A DNA stretch of 64,000 nucleotides. Origin: an uncultured Clostridium sp. GTDB taxonomy: Bacteria; Bacillota; Clostridia; TANB77; CAG-508. The stretch covers positions 503 to 64,502 of the forward strand of contig CANSWM010000002.1 of NCBI GenBank assembly GCA_947650745.1. Reading direction: 5' to 3'. Under the pieces are notes generated by a model. It was not told the DNA's origin. It was given only the letters and a program-made list of their open reading frames with translations, and did not search any database. Both the position numbers and the translations under genes were made by a program. Of the stretch, positions 40,255 to 50,500 are shown one piece after another; the stretch's first letter is position 1, and every line of letters starts with the position of its first letter.

Positions 40255-40499
40255 TAAAATACCTCCACACTAAAATCTTCTATTGCTGGTGTATCGCATA
40301 CTAATAGTCCCATAAATGTACTAATACTACCTTCTTTTGTTTCTAAATATCTAAAATTTGTATTAGTTATATTTTTTAATGCATAACATACATAAATTCC
40401 TACTTTTAGAAATTTTGGCCTTGTATGATATTTTTGTTCAAATCTCCATATTTGTTCATTTATATTTTTCATTAATTCTTCAATATTTACTTCTTCCAT
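40254..40499 (-). CDS. hypothetical phage protein
   Basis: 81-aa ORF. Confidence 0.25.
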   Translation of the reverse strand: MEEVNIEELMKNINEQIWRFEQKYHTRPKFLKVGIYVCYALKNITNTNFRYLETKEGSISTFMGLLVCDTPAIEDFSVEVF

Positions 40500-40507
40500 C
40501 TAATCAC

Positions 40508-40735
40508 CTACCTAATATTGCATTTTTTTTGATATTCTGCTTCTTCATCACTTAAGTATTTATGTCTTACCATATATCTTTGCATATCCTTTTCTTCATA
40601 TTCTTTTATGCAATTAAAGACTCTAACATAAACTTCGTGTTTTATTATTTTAGGATTATAGTGAATCCAACTTTTAACTACTACACCTATTAAATTATCT
40701 TCAACTACAACTATGTCTCCAAAAGTAAAATTCAT
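40508..40735 (-). CDS. hypothetical phage protein
   Basis: 75-aa ORF. Confidence 0.25.
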   Translation of the reverse strand: MNFTFGDIVVVEDNLIGVVVKSWIHYNPKIIKHEVYVRVFNCIKEYEEKDMQRYMVRHKYLSDEEAEYQKKCNIR

Positions 40736-40933
40736 TTAATCCACCCACCTTATTGTATAATGTGCTCTGAATAAACTTGGTTCATATACTGAATATCCTT
40801 TTTTTCTTAATCGTTCTTGATTTATTGGATATATTAGAGAAACTTGTATTCCTTCATATCCTTTTTGTTTTGATTTCCTTATTTTATTTAATAAAATAAT
40901 GTATTGTAAAAAAATCTTTAACATATTAATCAC

Positions 40934-42436
40934 CTACCTATAAAATAATCTATTTAAAATTTGTGTTGCTTGCATTTTATTTAAGTTTTCTGTGTCAAAG
41001 TCCTTCATAAATCTTTTAATCATACTAACCTGTTTTTCGCTTGCTGCTACTTTTCCCCATTGCTTCATCATTTTTACATTCCATATATACTCTTCGTTTG
41101 CGTGATTCTCTTTTAAATATAGATATACTTCATCAAATGCTTTTTGCATACTCACTTTTTGGCCATTCCATATTGTTTTTCCTAATTCATCTTGTGCTGG
41201 AATTACTATTTTTCTTTTTGGAATAAATACCACCATATTACCATTAGGCATTTTGAAATAATTTACATCGTGAGTTTTATAGCTTTGTTCTTTAGCCCAT
41301 ATATTTACTATTTCAATATTTCTGATCCAAGATGATGGACAATCTGCTTTTTCTGCAATTAGATCAGGTAATTCAAAAAGGTCTCCTTGTATTTCATCTT
41401 GTTTGTTTGCTGGTACTGCATTTAGATCTACTCCTATTAAAGTTGGTGCTGTGCATAAATTTGCTCTTCCTGTTGTTCCAACTAAATCTATCAATGTAAG
41501 TTTGTCTTTTCCTGGATAAAGTCTTAAGCCTCTTCCTACCATTTGTGTGTATAAACTACTATTACTTGTTGGCCTTGCTATCATTACAGTTTCAACAAGT
41601 GGCATATCTGTTCCTTCTGTGAAAATCATACAATTTACAAGTACAGGTATTTCTCTATTTGTAAATTTTCTAATAAGTTCTTCTCTGTTTTTTGTTTCTG
41701 CAGTTACTGCAACTGCACCTGGTATTTTTTCAGCTATTGCTTTTGCGTGTTCTACACTACAAGCAAATATTAAAGTTTGTCCTTTTGCATATTTCTTATA
41801 AGTTTCAGCTATTGCATTATTTAATACCTCTTGATTCATTACTTCATCAAGTTCTCCTGGTGCAAAATCTCCCATCCTTCTTGCAACTTTGCTTATGTCA
41901 TATCCAATATTTACTCGCATACAATAAATATCTGTTAAGTATTTATTTTTTATTGCCCACTTAATATCTCTTTCAAATATGATGTCTTGGTATATGTCAT
42001 CAAGCCTTACATTATCTCCCCTGTTTGGTGTTGCAGTAAATCCTAAATGTAACCTTGGTTTAAAATATTCATATACTTTCCTGTAAGTAGATGCTGCAGC
42101 GTGATGTGCTTCATCTGTTATTATTGTGTCAAATTCTGTAGGCTTGAAATTTTCTAATCTATGTACTATACTTTGTACTGATGCTATTACGACTGGTTCT
42201 CCGTGTGATTTGTGATTCGCCATTTCAATTCCCACAGGACAGTCATAGTATTTAACTGGTTGTGTAACTAGTTCTTCTCTGTGTGCTAGGACTAATACAC
42301 GACCTTTTCTTTTTATATTTGTAAATGTTGCTGTTTTTCCACATCCAGTTGCCATTTGTATTAAATATGATCCTGGTTGTAAATTATCTATTAGATCTAA
42401 ACACTCTTTTTGATAATCTCTTAATTCTAGTTTCAA
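40934..42436 (-). CDS. superfamily-2 DEAD/DEAH-box DNA helicase
   Basis: Walker A MATGCGKT, DEAH box (TDEAHHAAA), helicase C-terminal motifs. Confidence 0.8.
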   Translation of the reverse strand: MKLELRDYQKECLDLIDNLQPGSYLIQMATGCGKTATFTNIKRKGRVLVLAHREELVTQPVKYYDCPVGIEMANHKSHGEPVVIASVQSIVHRLENFKPTEFDTIITDEAHHAAASTYRKVYEYFKPRLHLGFTATPNRGDNVRLDDIYQDIIFERDIKWAIKNKYLTDIYCMRVNIGYDISKVARRMGDFAPGELDEVMNQEVLNNAIAETYKKYAKGQTLIFACSVEHAKAIAEKIPGAVAVTAETKNREELIRKFTNREIPVLVNCMIFTEGTDMPLVETVMIARPTSNSSLYTQMVGRGLRLYPGKDKLTLIDLVGTTGRANLCTAPTLIGVDLNAVPANKQDEIQGDLFELPDLIAEKADCPSSWIRNIEIVNIWAKEQSYKTHDVNYFKMPNGNMVVFIPKRKIVIPAQDELGKTIWNGQKVSMQKAFDEVYLYLKENHANEEYIWNVKMMKQWGKVAASEKQVSMIKRFMKDFDTENLNKMQATQILNRLFYR

Positions 42437-42615
42437 TTGGTATCACCACCAATACAATTAGGACATTTATCGGTCCATTCTCCTTTAACATTTATGCTTT
42501 TCCAGCCATTTGCTTTTTTGTAATCTACTGCTTCTTGAAATTCCTCAAAGTCATCTACACAGTTACTACAATAATCACATTGCAATTCATATCTATTTCC
42601 TTGTTTTTCTATCAT
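42433..42615 (-). CDS. small zinc-ribbon protein
   Basis: 60 aa with CxxC...CxxC. Confidence 0.3.
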   Translation of the reverse strand: MIEKQGNRYELQCDYCSNCVDDFEEFQEAVDYKKANGWKSINVKGEWTDKCPNCIGGDTN

Positions 42616-43025
42616 ATAAGTACATCACTCCTTTGCATTTTATATTTTTCTATTCTTTCTCGTGAAAGTCTAATTGTTTTTTCGCATTCTTCTTTTTCAA
42701 ACATAGCCATATGTGTTTTTTCTCTTGGAAGTCCTAATTGTTCAGCAAGCCACCCATATGCTTTATATCTTGTTGTTATTCTTAAAGGTTGTTTCCATAT
42801 CTGATCAAACCAGTAATGTGCTGCTTTCCTATATCTTCTCAATTCTTCATTGGCCAAAGTTCCAAGTGGTGTGTCTGTTCCTGGATGCACTCCAACAAAT
42901 GCTCTACAATTTCTGCATAAATAACATTTTCCTTCTCCATATTCTCGGCCATATATTTCTGCATTTGATGTATAAACAACTGGGCATCCACAATATCTAC
43001 ATATTGTTGGTTTTAATAATGGCAT
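42612..43025 (-). CDS. hypothetical Cys-rich (zinc-finger) phage protein
   Basis: 137 aa, CRYCGC...CYLCRNC. Confidence 0.3.
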   Translation of the reverse strand: MPLLKPTICRYCGCPVVYTSNAEIYGREYGEGKCYLCRNCRAFVGVHPGTDTPLGTLANEELRRYRKAAHYWFDQIWKQPLRITTRYKAYGWLAEQLGLPREKTHMAMFEKEECEKTIRLSRERIEKYKMQRSDVLI

Positions 43026-43413
43026 CGTATTCTTGTCCTCCTATTTTTAGCTTTATTTCTGTTTTAGTATTATAAAATGCTTCAAACATATATAATCCTA
43101 ACTTTGTTCTTGTTTTATGTATTTTCATATATTCTTTGTGCATTTTATTAGCTTCATTTCTCTGATATCCCATTGACATTAAAAGTTTAATAAATCTTTT
43201 CTTTTTTATAGTTTTTAATTTTACAGTAAAATCGCAATTACAACTATGTCCTCCAGTAAGTATTGGCACTTCATCTACTATTCCTCCTGGAGCAAGTTTT
43301 GGAAGTTCCGTTTTTGCTAACTCTTTCCATTCTCTGTCAGATCCATTTACTGAATAAAATATTCCTTCTAATTTACAATCTTCTCCCATAAACTCACTCC
43401 TTTGGCATCTCAT
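42997..43413 (-). CDS. hypothetical phage protein
   Basis: 138-aa ORF. Confidence 0.25.
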   Translation of the reverse strand: MRCQRSEFMGEDCKLEGIFYSVNGSDREWKELAKTELPKLAPGGIVDEVPILTGGHSCNCDFTVKLKTIKKKRFIKLLMSMGYQRNEANKMHKEYMKIHKTRTKLGLYMFEAFYNTKTEIKLKIGGQEYDAIIKTNNM

Positions 43414-43618
43414 ATACTTTTGGAAGTATTGTTACTGATTTGTTGTTGTCTAAATTGTATTGTCTATATTTGCTTACTATTTCCTGTAATACTTCTTCTG
43501 CTCTTTTTTCTGTTTTGTAATATCCCAATTCTCTATAAATATCATCTATTCCTATTAAGAAAGCTGCAGAAAGTAAAAATCCATCTTCTTCGCAATCTAA
43601 AATATTTATAGCCATCAT
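43394..43618 (-). CDS. hypothetical phage protein
   Basis: 74-aa ORF. Confidence 0.25.
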   Translation of the reverse strand: MMAINILDCEEDGFLLSAAFLIGIDDIYRELGYYKTEKRAEEVLQEIVSKYRQYNLDNNKSVTILPKVYEMPKE

Positions 43619-43662
43619 ATTATCAAAATTTGTAATTTCTTTTTTATCTTGACTAACTATAA

Positions 43663-44055
43663 TTACACAAATTCCCCCTTAAATACAGTAGCAAGTATCT
43701 CTACTGCAAGATTTAATGTTTCGCATAACCTTTCTTCAGTAATTGGTTTTGCTTCTTCTGCTTCTCCATTTAGTATTTTTCTTAATTTTGTTCTTTGCAT
43801 TTCAGTATTTTTTAAATGATCTATATGTTCTTGAAACATTGATGTTTGAAATTCATATTCCTTCCATCTTTTTTCATAGTCTGCTAATATTAGTTGCTTT
43901 GTTTTACTAGCATTTTCTTTTGAAATCTGCTTATTATGAAACATTATTGTTAGTTGTTTTAATGCTAGAAAACAATGTATTTCTAATAAATTATAATCTG
44001 CAGGAGGTGTTTCAAGTTTTATAGAATCGTTTATAATTTCTTCTTTACTTTTCAT
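43663..44055 (-). CDS. hypothetical phage protein
   Basis: 130-aa ORF. Confidence 0.25.
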   Translation of the reverse strand: MKSKEEIINDSIKLETPPADYNLLEIHCFLALKQLTIMFHNKQISKENASKTKQLILADYEKRWKEYEFQTSMFQEHIDHLKNTEMQRTKLRKILNGEAEEAKPITEERLCETLNLAVEILATVFKGEFV

Positions 44056-44057
44056 TA

Positions 44058-44321
44058 TGGTCTAACCTCCGTCTTACATTTTTTGCATATCTCAAATATG
44101 CTATTTTTCAAATGGTCTGACCTGTCTTACCTTTTTCCGTGAATATATTTATATTTTTATGAAAATTTTATTTTTTTAGATTTAAAATAAAAATTCCCAT
44201 ATGTATATTATTATTTTGTTAGACGTCAGACTTTTATATTTTTATTTTATATAACTCGCTTGGCTCTATATATTTTTTAGGGTCTTACCTTGGTCTGACC
44301 TTTTTGTTTTAGGTAAGACCC
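44058..44321. promoter_or_regulatory. candidate phage replication origin: iterons (ggtctRacc / gtcttacc x3-4, one inverted) flanking a ~120-bp AT-rich stretch
   Basis: tggtctaacctccgtcttac (44058), tggtctgacctgtcttacc (44112), gggtcttaccttggtctgacc (44280), inverted ggtaagaccc (44312); adjacent to the primase-helicase gene. Confidence 0.45.
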
Positions 44322-46225
44322 TAAAATGGTAAATCTTCCATATCTTGTTGTTGATATTTCTCTTCATAAGCAAGATCTGATTTCTCTGGTTCTAATCTAA
44401 ATTTTATATATGCACCTTTTATTCCGTATGCTTTTGTAAAATGTGTAAATTTTCCTTGTGAATTTCGTTCTATTTGGTTTCTATCTGCAAAATTTCTTAT
44501 TACTGCTGAAAAATCAAAACCTGCTTTATTTAATGCTTCAGCATATAAACTTTTATTTACTAAACAAATATCTTCACTTTCAACATATTTACCCCAAATT
44601 TCTCCGTTTTCATTTTCTCTAAATCTGTTTATATTTTGTGAAATCCAGTTCATTGTCCATTCATATGCTCTTGTAGAAACATCAACTTCTTTTGCACTTG
44701 TAAGCCATCCACTTACATCTTCTATTGTTAATTTTTCATCTTTAAAAATTAAATCTGTAGATATTTCATCAGCAAGTAATACTGTGGCCATTGCCATTGC
44801 TTGCTTATCTGTAGTGTCTGTTTTTTGTAGTATATTTTGAAATATCTCTCTATATCTTTGTTGTAATTCTTCTTGTTTAGGAATATTATTTATAAATTCT
44901 TTACCAGCAAATCCGTAATTTTTTCTAACAAAGTTACTTACAAAATTACCATCTGCAATTACTTTTTCTGTTGCTTCTACTTCAATTACTCTGTTTTTTA
45001 CTCCTCCACCTGAAGTTGCTTTTGTTATTGGTTCTTCTCCTGTAAATAGGAAACAGCAATTCCATTCTTTTAAAAGTTCTATTCCACCATAGGCCTTACC
45101 TCTACCTCTATCGACACCTTCTGTCAAATACATTACCAGGTTATCAAAGCTGTCCCATCTACTTTTAATTGTTTGTAATTCATCTCCTGCAAATGGAATA
45201 TCGTGTACGAATGCTGCATACCTTGCTAGTGCTACTTGTGTTGCGTTTAATGTTCTTACTAATTTTCCTACTTCAGGATTACCCCAAACACTCATTGCAA
45301 GCATTAATCCTACTGTTTTACCTGTTCCTGTTCCACCCCATATATGTACTACAAATGGCAGTACTCCTAACATTTGATTAAGTGTACTAGCAAATGAAGA
45401 TGCTAAAAGTAAATGTGCAATTTTGCTTTCTTTTCTTACTTTTCTACATACTTCTTTCCATTTTTCATATTCTCCAACTTCTCTTATGCTTGCATATACA
45501 TCTTTAAATGCTATGTCACCATCATATTTTAAGTCGCCTACATAAGGTGCAAATTCATTTTCTATCCATCCTAACCTGTCTGTACTACGATTTACTGGAA
45601 TTTCTTTTGCATTTAAAGAAACTACATCTGCAATATACGAAACTAGATCCTTTGCGTTCTCTGAATTTACTTCTATTCCCCTATCTGATAATTGGATAAT
45701 ATTAGATTTATTTGCTACCATACTTCTTTCAATTGTTATGTACTGCCATTTATTATCTTTGAAAAATGCTAGTTTTATTTTTTCTGTTTCAGAGTCAACA
45801 TTGATTAATCTTTCTACTGGTAATATAGGATGTGAGCAAGCTACTATTGTTTGTGGAATCATACCTGCACCCATAATACTTTTAGTTACTCCTGTATCTT
45901 CACATTCCCACTTTCCACACTTTAGTTTTTCAATTGGTGGCTGTGTGAATTGAATTGTATTGCTACCTCTTTGTTTAAATCTTTGTGCAAATTCTGTTTG
46001 GTATGCTTTTAAAAGTTTGTCAAAATTTCTTATATTTCCAAGTTCCCTGGCCTTATCCTGTAATCGTATAATTAGTGTTGTTCTCGCTATTTGGTTATCT
46101 ATTGAAAAAATATGTTCAAATATTTCCTTATCTAAAATTTGCTCTTTTGTTAATTCACTAATCTCCCCAAAAGGTGTAAACCCTTCATCAATTAATTGCT
46201 CTGAAAGTTCTAACTCTTGATTCAA
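44321..46225 (-). CDS. DUF927-type primase-associated replicative helicase (D5/P4-like, Walker A GGTGTGKT), C-terminal DLPF tail
   Basis: 634 aa; P-loop NTPase; directly downstream of the CHC2 zinc-finger primase ORF. Confidence 0.7.
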   Translation of the reverse strand: MNQELELSEQLIDEGFTPFGEISELTKEQILDKEIFEHIFSIDNQIARTTLIIRLQDKARELGNIRNFDKLLKAYQTEFAQRFKQRGSNTIQFTQPPIEKLKCGKWECEDTGVTKSIMGAGMIPQTIVACSHPILPVERLINVDSETEKIKLAFFKDNKWQYITIERSMVANKSNIIQLSDRGIEVNSENAKDLVSYIADVVSLNAKEIPVNRSTDRLGWIENEFAPYVGDLKYDGDIAFKDVYASIREVGEYEKWKEVCRKVRKESKIAHLLLASSFASTLNQMLGVLPFVVHIWGGTGTGKTVGLMLAMSVWGNPEVGKLVRTLNATQVALARYAAFVHDIPFAGDELQTIKSRWDSFDNLVMYLTEGVDRGRGKAYGGIELLKEWNCCFLFTGEEPITKATSGGGVKNRVIEVEATEKVIADGNFVSNFVRKNYGFAGKEFINNIPKQEELQQRYREIFQNILQKTDTTDKQAMAMATVLLADEISTDLIFKDEKLTIEDVSGWLTSAKEVDVSTRAYEWTMNWISQNINRFRENENGEIWGKYVESEDICLVNKSLYAEALNKAGFDFSAVIRNFADRNQIERNSQGKFTHFTKAYGIKGAYIKFRLEPEKSDLAYEEKYQQQDMEDLPF

Positions 46226-46796
46226 TTCTTCTCACCACCTTTTTTTCGTGTTTCCAAAACCATATTTTATCTTCGTTCGTTCCGTTTATAAAAATACTGT
46301 CTATTAAATAATCAATATAATCTTTATTGTGCATTGCTTCTACAAATAGATCATCAGGTTCTTCTTCCATATTTTTTGGTGCTTTTTCTTCTTCCCATTT
46401 CCAAAGCAAGTGTAAATAATCACACAATAATTGAAATGTTTTGTTTTCCCATTTCTTAAATATTTCTTCTGTTTTTTGCTTATTTTTATATTTATTTATT
46501 TCAAAATAATTACTTTTTTGATTTGGATCTAATCCTAATCCTAAAGTGTAGTTTATACTTTTTGCTGCTTCTAAAGCATTTATATTTAATAATTCTGATA
46601 CAAGAGAAATTGAATCGCCACCTTTTCCACATCCAAAACATTTCCATATTTGTTTTTGTGGTGATATTGAAAGACTAGCTGTTTTTTCTTTATGGAATGG
46701 GCATACACATTTATATGCCCTATTCAGTTTTAATCCATAAAGTTCTGCTACTTTTACTATATTTACTCTTTCTTTAACTTCTCTGATCAAACTCAT
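46188..46796 (-). CDS. CHC2-type zinc-finger DNA primase domain protein
   Basis: CVCPFHKEKTASLSISPQKQIWKCFGCGKGGD matches the DnaG-type CHC2 zinc-binding motif. Confidence 0.7.
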   Translation of the reverse strand: MSLIREVKERVNIVKVAELYGLKLNRAYKCVCPFHKEKTASLSISPQKQIWKCFGCGKGGDSISLVSELLNINALEAAKSINYTLGLGLDPNQKSNYFEINKYKNKQKTEEIFKKWENKTFQLLCDYLHLLWKWEEEKAPKNMEEEPDDLFVEAMHNKDYIDYLIDSIFINGTNEDKIWFWKHEKKVVRRIESRVRTFRAIN

Positions 46797-46806
46797 AATT
46801 TACCTC

Positions 46807-47361
46807 CTAGAAAGGAAGATCATCATTGTCTGATGATGTAGTTTCAAAATTATCAAATGCCTCTCCCTTTTGTGGTAATAATTTTTTGTTTGGTATTTTT
46901 GCTTCTTCTGTTTTGTCATATACACAGGCTCTGAAAGGTTTTGTTGCAGTTCTTGTTGTTCCAAATGTATCGACAAATTCTTCTTCTCTAAATATAATAC
47001 CGATTTTTTTATCTTTTAAATTTTCAGGATGTTCCCAGTCAAATTTATATTTTGCATTTGATGCTTCAGCACAAGTTATTAGTGTTTTTAGGTATCTATT
47101 TGTTTTATTTTCAAAGTCTAATACAAATACTACTAATACTCCTCCCCATTTTTTATCTTCTCTTGTGTCTGCTTGGTATTTTTTCTTGTAAAAATCTGCT
47201 TTTTCTCCTTCTGCAATATCAAAGTTAATTTTTAAATATGTCTTATCGTTACTAGCCTTTAATTCCTCTACTTTTAATATTTTACATTTATATGCTCCTG
47301 GTTCTAATGTTTCAAAATCTGTTATTGGTTGTACATTTTCATAATCACTTGGTTTTTCCAT
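46807..47361 (-). CDS. ssDNA-binding-like phage protein with SSB-type acidic C-terminal tail (...DNDDLPF)
   Basis: 184 aa; C-terminal D-D-L-P-F resembles the SSB DDDIPF partner-binding tip. Confidence 0.4.
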   Translation of the reverse strand: MEKPSDYENVQPITDFETLEPGAYKCKILKVEELKASNDKTYLKINFDIAEGEKADFYKKKYQADTREDKKWGGVLVVFVLDFENKTNRYLKTLITCAEASNAKYKFDWEHPENLKDKKIGIIFREEEFVDTFGTTRTATKPFRACVYDKTEEAKIPNKKLLPQKGEAFDNFETTSSDNDDLPF

Positions 47362-47363
47362 AA

Positions 47364-47636
47364 TTAATTTTCCTCACTTTCTAATTTGATGCACTTATTT
47401 TCAAATTTTTTATAAGCATCAAAATATATTTCTTTTTTATCTCCATTCAATGTAACCTCATAATACATACCGTCAAATAATGTTGTACTTAATAGTGCTT
47501 TGCTATTTTGCAATGTTTTACAAGTCCATACTGTAAACACTTTAAATGCAGGTATTCTGTCACTTTTATCTAAATGTTCCATTGCATAATCTCTTACTAA
47601 CTCTTTTGCTTTTTCTAAAAATTCTTCATTACTCAT
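47364..47636 (-). CDS. hypothetical phage protein
   Basis: 90-aa ORF. Confidence 0.25.
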   Translation of the reverse strand: MSNEEFLEKAKELVRDYAMEHLDKSDRIPAFKVFTVWTCKTLQNSKALLSTTLFDGMYYEVTLNGDKKEIYFDAYKKFENKCIKLESEEN

Positions 47637-47638
47637 AA

Positions 47639-47881
47639 TTATTTATCCTCCCCTGTAACTTTTTTAATAAAATTCATAAATTCTTTTGCTTTTTCTCCTT
47701 CAAGTTTCCCTACTTCAATTGTTATATCTGCATCATCTTTATTTTTGCAATGTTTTCCTTCGTTTTCAATTTCTTCAGTTTTATTTTCTACTGCACACAT
47801 TTTTGTTTCTTGTAATTCATCATATTTGTTTGCTTTAATTATCAATTCTTTGTATTCTTCACTAGTTATCATTACGACCAT
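47639..47881 (-). CDS. hypothetical phage protein
   Basis: 80-aa ORF. Confidence 0.25.
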   Translation of the reverse strand: MVVMITSEEYKELIIKANKYDELQETKMCAVENKTEEIENEGKHCKNKDDADITIEVGKLEGEKAKEFMNFIKKVTGEDK

Positions 47882-48022
47882 TATTTCTCACCTCTTTTCT
47901 TTTTTTGATACCAATTCCAAAATCCTTTGAAATCTGATCTATGTCTTTTGGCCACACCTTTGTTGTGCTCTTTCCATTGCTTTTTTAATTGATTTCTTTC
48001 AATTTTTCTTTGAAAACTCATA

Positions 48023-48373
48023 TTATTCATCCTCCCCAAATAAGGTTGTTTGTTCATTTATTTTTTCAACATAAGTAATATTGTTTTCTTCATCTACTTT
48101 TACTTGATAATCAAATCCTACTAGTCCCTTATTTGTATTTTTAGTTTCTTTTATTTTTTCACTTATAGAATAGTCAATTCTTGGCTCTACCCATTCTTTT
48201 ACTGTTTTTTCATCTACTTCTTCATATTGTTTTGTACTGTCTAAGTTTAATTTTAATGTTATTTCTGCTTCTTTATTTTGTGTTGCTACTATTCCTACTA
48301 ATCGATTTAATATAATTTCAAACTGTTCTCGCATTGGTTTTAATAATTCACTATTTAAATCAAGCTTTTGCAT
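48023..48373 (-). CDS. hypothetical phage protein
   Basis: 116-aa ORF. Confidence 0.25.
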   Translation of the reverse strand: MQKLDLNSELLKPMREQFEIILNRLVGIVATQNKEAEITLKLNLDSTKQYEEVDEKTVKEWVEPRIDYSISEKIKETKNTNKGLVGFDYQVKVDEENNITYVEKINEQTTLFGEDE

Positions 48374-49007
48374 TTTCTTTTTCTCCTTTCGCCTTAGGTT
48401 TATTTAATTCGTAATATTCTCTAATTGTCTGATCTACTACTTTTAAGTCATTATCAATTTTTGCTTCAAACATTCCCATTGGACTTTTGCAAGTTGTATA
48501 TCCATCGCTTTGTGTTTCAAAATAATGTTCCTGGCCATCAGTTTTACAAAGTAATACTATTGAAAACAAACCTTCCAATGTTAGTTGGTTATCTAGCATT
48601 TTACCTGATGTCTTGGCCTTTATTTTTCCTGTGTCTGTTGTTTCTGTATGATGTAAGAAATATACAATTGTATCTGCAGGTGTATTTTTTATTACATAGT
48701 CTACAAGGCTTCTAAAGTTTAATGCAACATCTGTAAATTTGTTGTAACCTACTTCTTTTGCTCTATCAAACATTTCAAAGGCCATTAGGTATTGTGAATC
48801 ATCTATTACATAGGTTTTAAAAGTTCCTTTTTGCATATTGCTTTTTATTTGTGTATATGTAACATTGTCTGCTTTGTTTAATTGCTTTTTAAAAGGTAAT
48901 GGTTTTCCTGCTATGTTATAAATTGCAACATCATTTTTATCAAAATTTCTTAAGCTGCAGCTTTTTCCCGCTCCTGATTCGCCTAATATTAATACTGGTA
49001 TTCCCAC
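48360..49007 (-). CDS. Sak4-like RecA-fold AAA ATPase (phage recombination/annealing)
   Basis: 215 aa; Walker A LILGESGAGKS at N-terminus; size and position typical of phage Sak4. Confidence 0.55.
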   Translation of the reverse strand: MGIPVLILGESGAGKSCSLRNFDKNDVAIYNIAGKPLPFKKQLNKADNVTYTQIKSNMQKGTFKTYVIDDSQYLMAFEMFDRAKEVGYNKFTDVALNFRSLVDYVIKNTPADTIVYFLHHTETTDTGKIKAKTSGKMLDNQLTLEGLFSIVLLCKTDGQEHYFETQSDGYTTCKSPMGMFEAKIDNDLKVVDQTIREYYELNKPKAKGEKENAKA

Positions 49008-49258
49008 TATTTCTCATCCTCCTTTAATGCTTTAAGTCTTGTTTCATACTCCTGAGGAAATATCTCCTTAACTAAATCTAATGTTCTTCCGTATTTCATA
49101 TCATAACCATCTATTCTCAAATTGTCCTTTTTATCGTTTAGTTCTGTATAATTTAAAATTAAACTACATAATTGACTTAATTGATTCTCCATTTTTTTGC
49201 TTTTTTCATACATTTCCATATATTTATCTAATGATAAAGTAACTTTGTTTTCTTCCAT
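49007..49258 (-). CDS. hypothetical phage protein
   Basis: 83-aa ORF. Confidence 0.25.
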   Translation of the reverse strand: MEENKVTLSLDKYMEMYEKSKKMENQLSQLCSLILNYTELNDKKDNLRIDGYDMKYGRTLDLVKEIFPQEYETRLKALKEDEK

Positions 49259-49746
49259 TATTTAATCCTCAAACTTTCTCCTCTTGGCTCTAAATGAGCA
49301 AAAGGTAATTCTTTTCCTGCCTCTAAATCGGCTCTTATTTTTTCTGTGTCATTTTCAATAATTGTTTTTGTATATTCTTCAGGTACATCTCCATCAATAG
49401 TAAGCGTTTGTTTTCCACCATTTTTTGCTATATTAAAGCTAAATAAATCTGTTGCAAATTTTGTTTTTCCTGTAGATTTCATTGTGTTAAATAAGTTTTG
49501 TTTTAAAGTATTTACTCTATTTTCAAATACTTTTGCACTTTCTGTTAGCCTTTTTGCTTCTTCTTTTCTAGCATTTTTCTTTGCTTCAAGTTCTTTTATG
49601 ATTTTTGCATATCCATCTGCCTTATCTTCAATTTCTCCTTCGATTCCTTCTAATGTATCAAGTATCATTTGTTCATCTACTTCTTCGTCATATAACATAT
49701 TAAGTACAGTTTCATAATTATTTGTTAATTGGTATAAATTACTCAT
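49258..49746 (-). CDS. siphovirus Gp157-family protein
   Basis: 162 aa; N-terminal MSNLYQLTNNYETVLNMLYDEE pattern and coiled-coil typical of Gp157. Confidence 0.45.
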   Translation of the reverse strand: MSNLYQLTNNYETVLNMLYDEEVDEQMILDTLEGIEGEIEDKADGYAKIIKELEAKKNARKEEAKRLTESAKVFENRVNTLKQNLFNTMKSTGKTKFATDLFSFNIAKNGGKQTLTIDGDVPEEYTKTIIENDTEKIRADLEAGKELPFAHLEPRGESLRIK

Positions 49747-50075
49747 TTTTCTTGTCCTTTCTAACTTTCTATGTTAAAATGTAAATAGAAAGTATTTATA
49801 TAAATATTTTTGTGAATCATCTATTTTTCAGTTTGGTCGCTGGTAGATGGTTCTTTTTTTTAAGTTATCTTCACAGATGAATAAGATTTGTTGTAAAATT
49901 TCTCTTAGTTCAGCTTCATTATGAAATTCGTCTATATCTGAAATAAGATCTTTAATTTTTTGATATCCCATATTAATTCCCTCCTTCCAAAAGTTTTAAA
50001 TTATTTTTCATATGTCTTAATGTAGTTAGCATATTGTTGTATCTATATATGATAAATAAACTTTTCACATAAACT

Positions 50076-50345
50076 CTAATATTCATTTCTGTTGTTTCCT
50101 TTCTTTTTAGTTTTGCTTTCTTCGTAAATTGTTTCTATAATCATTATGATTACTAGACCTAATAATAAAATAAAATATTCTCCTCCTACTGCTTCATATT
50201 CTCTTGTTGCAGTTGCATATTTTATTGCAATTGGCGTTAATATAATTGTTGCTATGATAACTAATAATTCTAAAATTCTTATAATAAATTTTTTCTTGTT
50301 AATTTTCACTATTCTTCCCCCTTTATTCTTTTCTTTTTGTACCAT
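50076..50345 (-). CDS. small phage membrane protein
   Basis: 89 aa, two TM segments. Confidence 0.25.
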   Translation of the reverse strand: MVQKEKNKGGRIVKINKKKFIIRILELLVIIATIILTPIAIKYATATREYEAVGGEYFILLLGLVIIMIIETIYEESKTKKKGNNRNEY

Positions 50346-50500
50346 TCTCTTATTGCACTTCCTAATGCTACTTTTTCTTTTCCAAAATTTTCACTTGGAA
50401 AATCTTGCGAATTATAAATACTTAGTGCTGTTGGTACGCTACAATTTCTTAATTCAGCAAATTGTGTTGGAGTATAAAATATATTATCTTGTAATTCCAT
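50309..50500 (-). CDS. hypothetical early protein (possible DNA-binding)
   Basis: 63-aa ORF preceded by a 19-codon leader ORF and operator-like site. Confidence 0.3.
   Translation of the reverse strand: MELQDNIFYTPTQFAELRNCSVPTALSIYNSQDFPSENFGKEKVALGSAIREWYKKKRIKGEE

Noticed and set aside
46188-46225. 38-nt overlap between the CHC2 primase ORF and the DUF927 helicase ORF considered as another frameshift
   Set aside because: Both ORFs have their own start and stop with a sensible RBS. The overlap is typical of coupled phage genes and involves no CGG site
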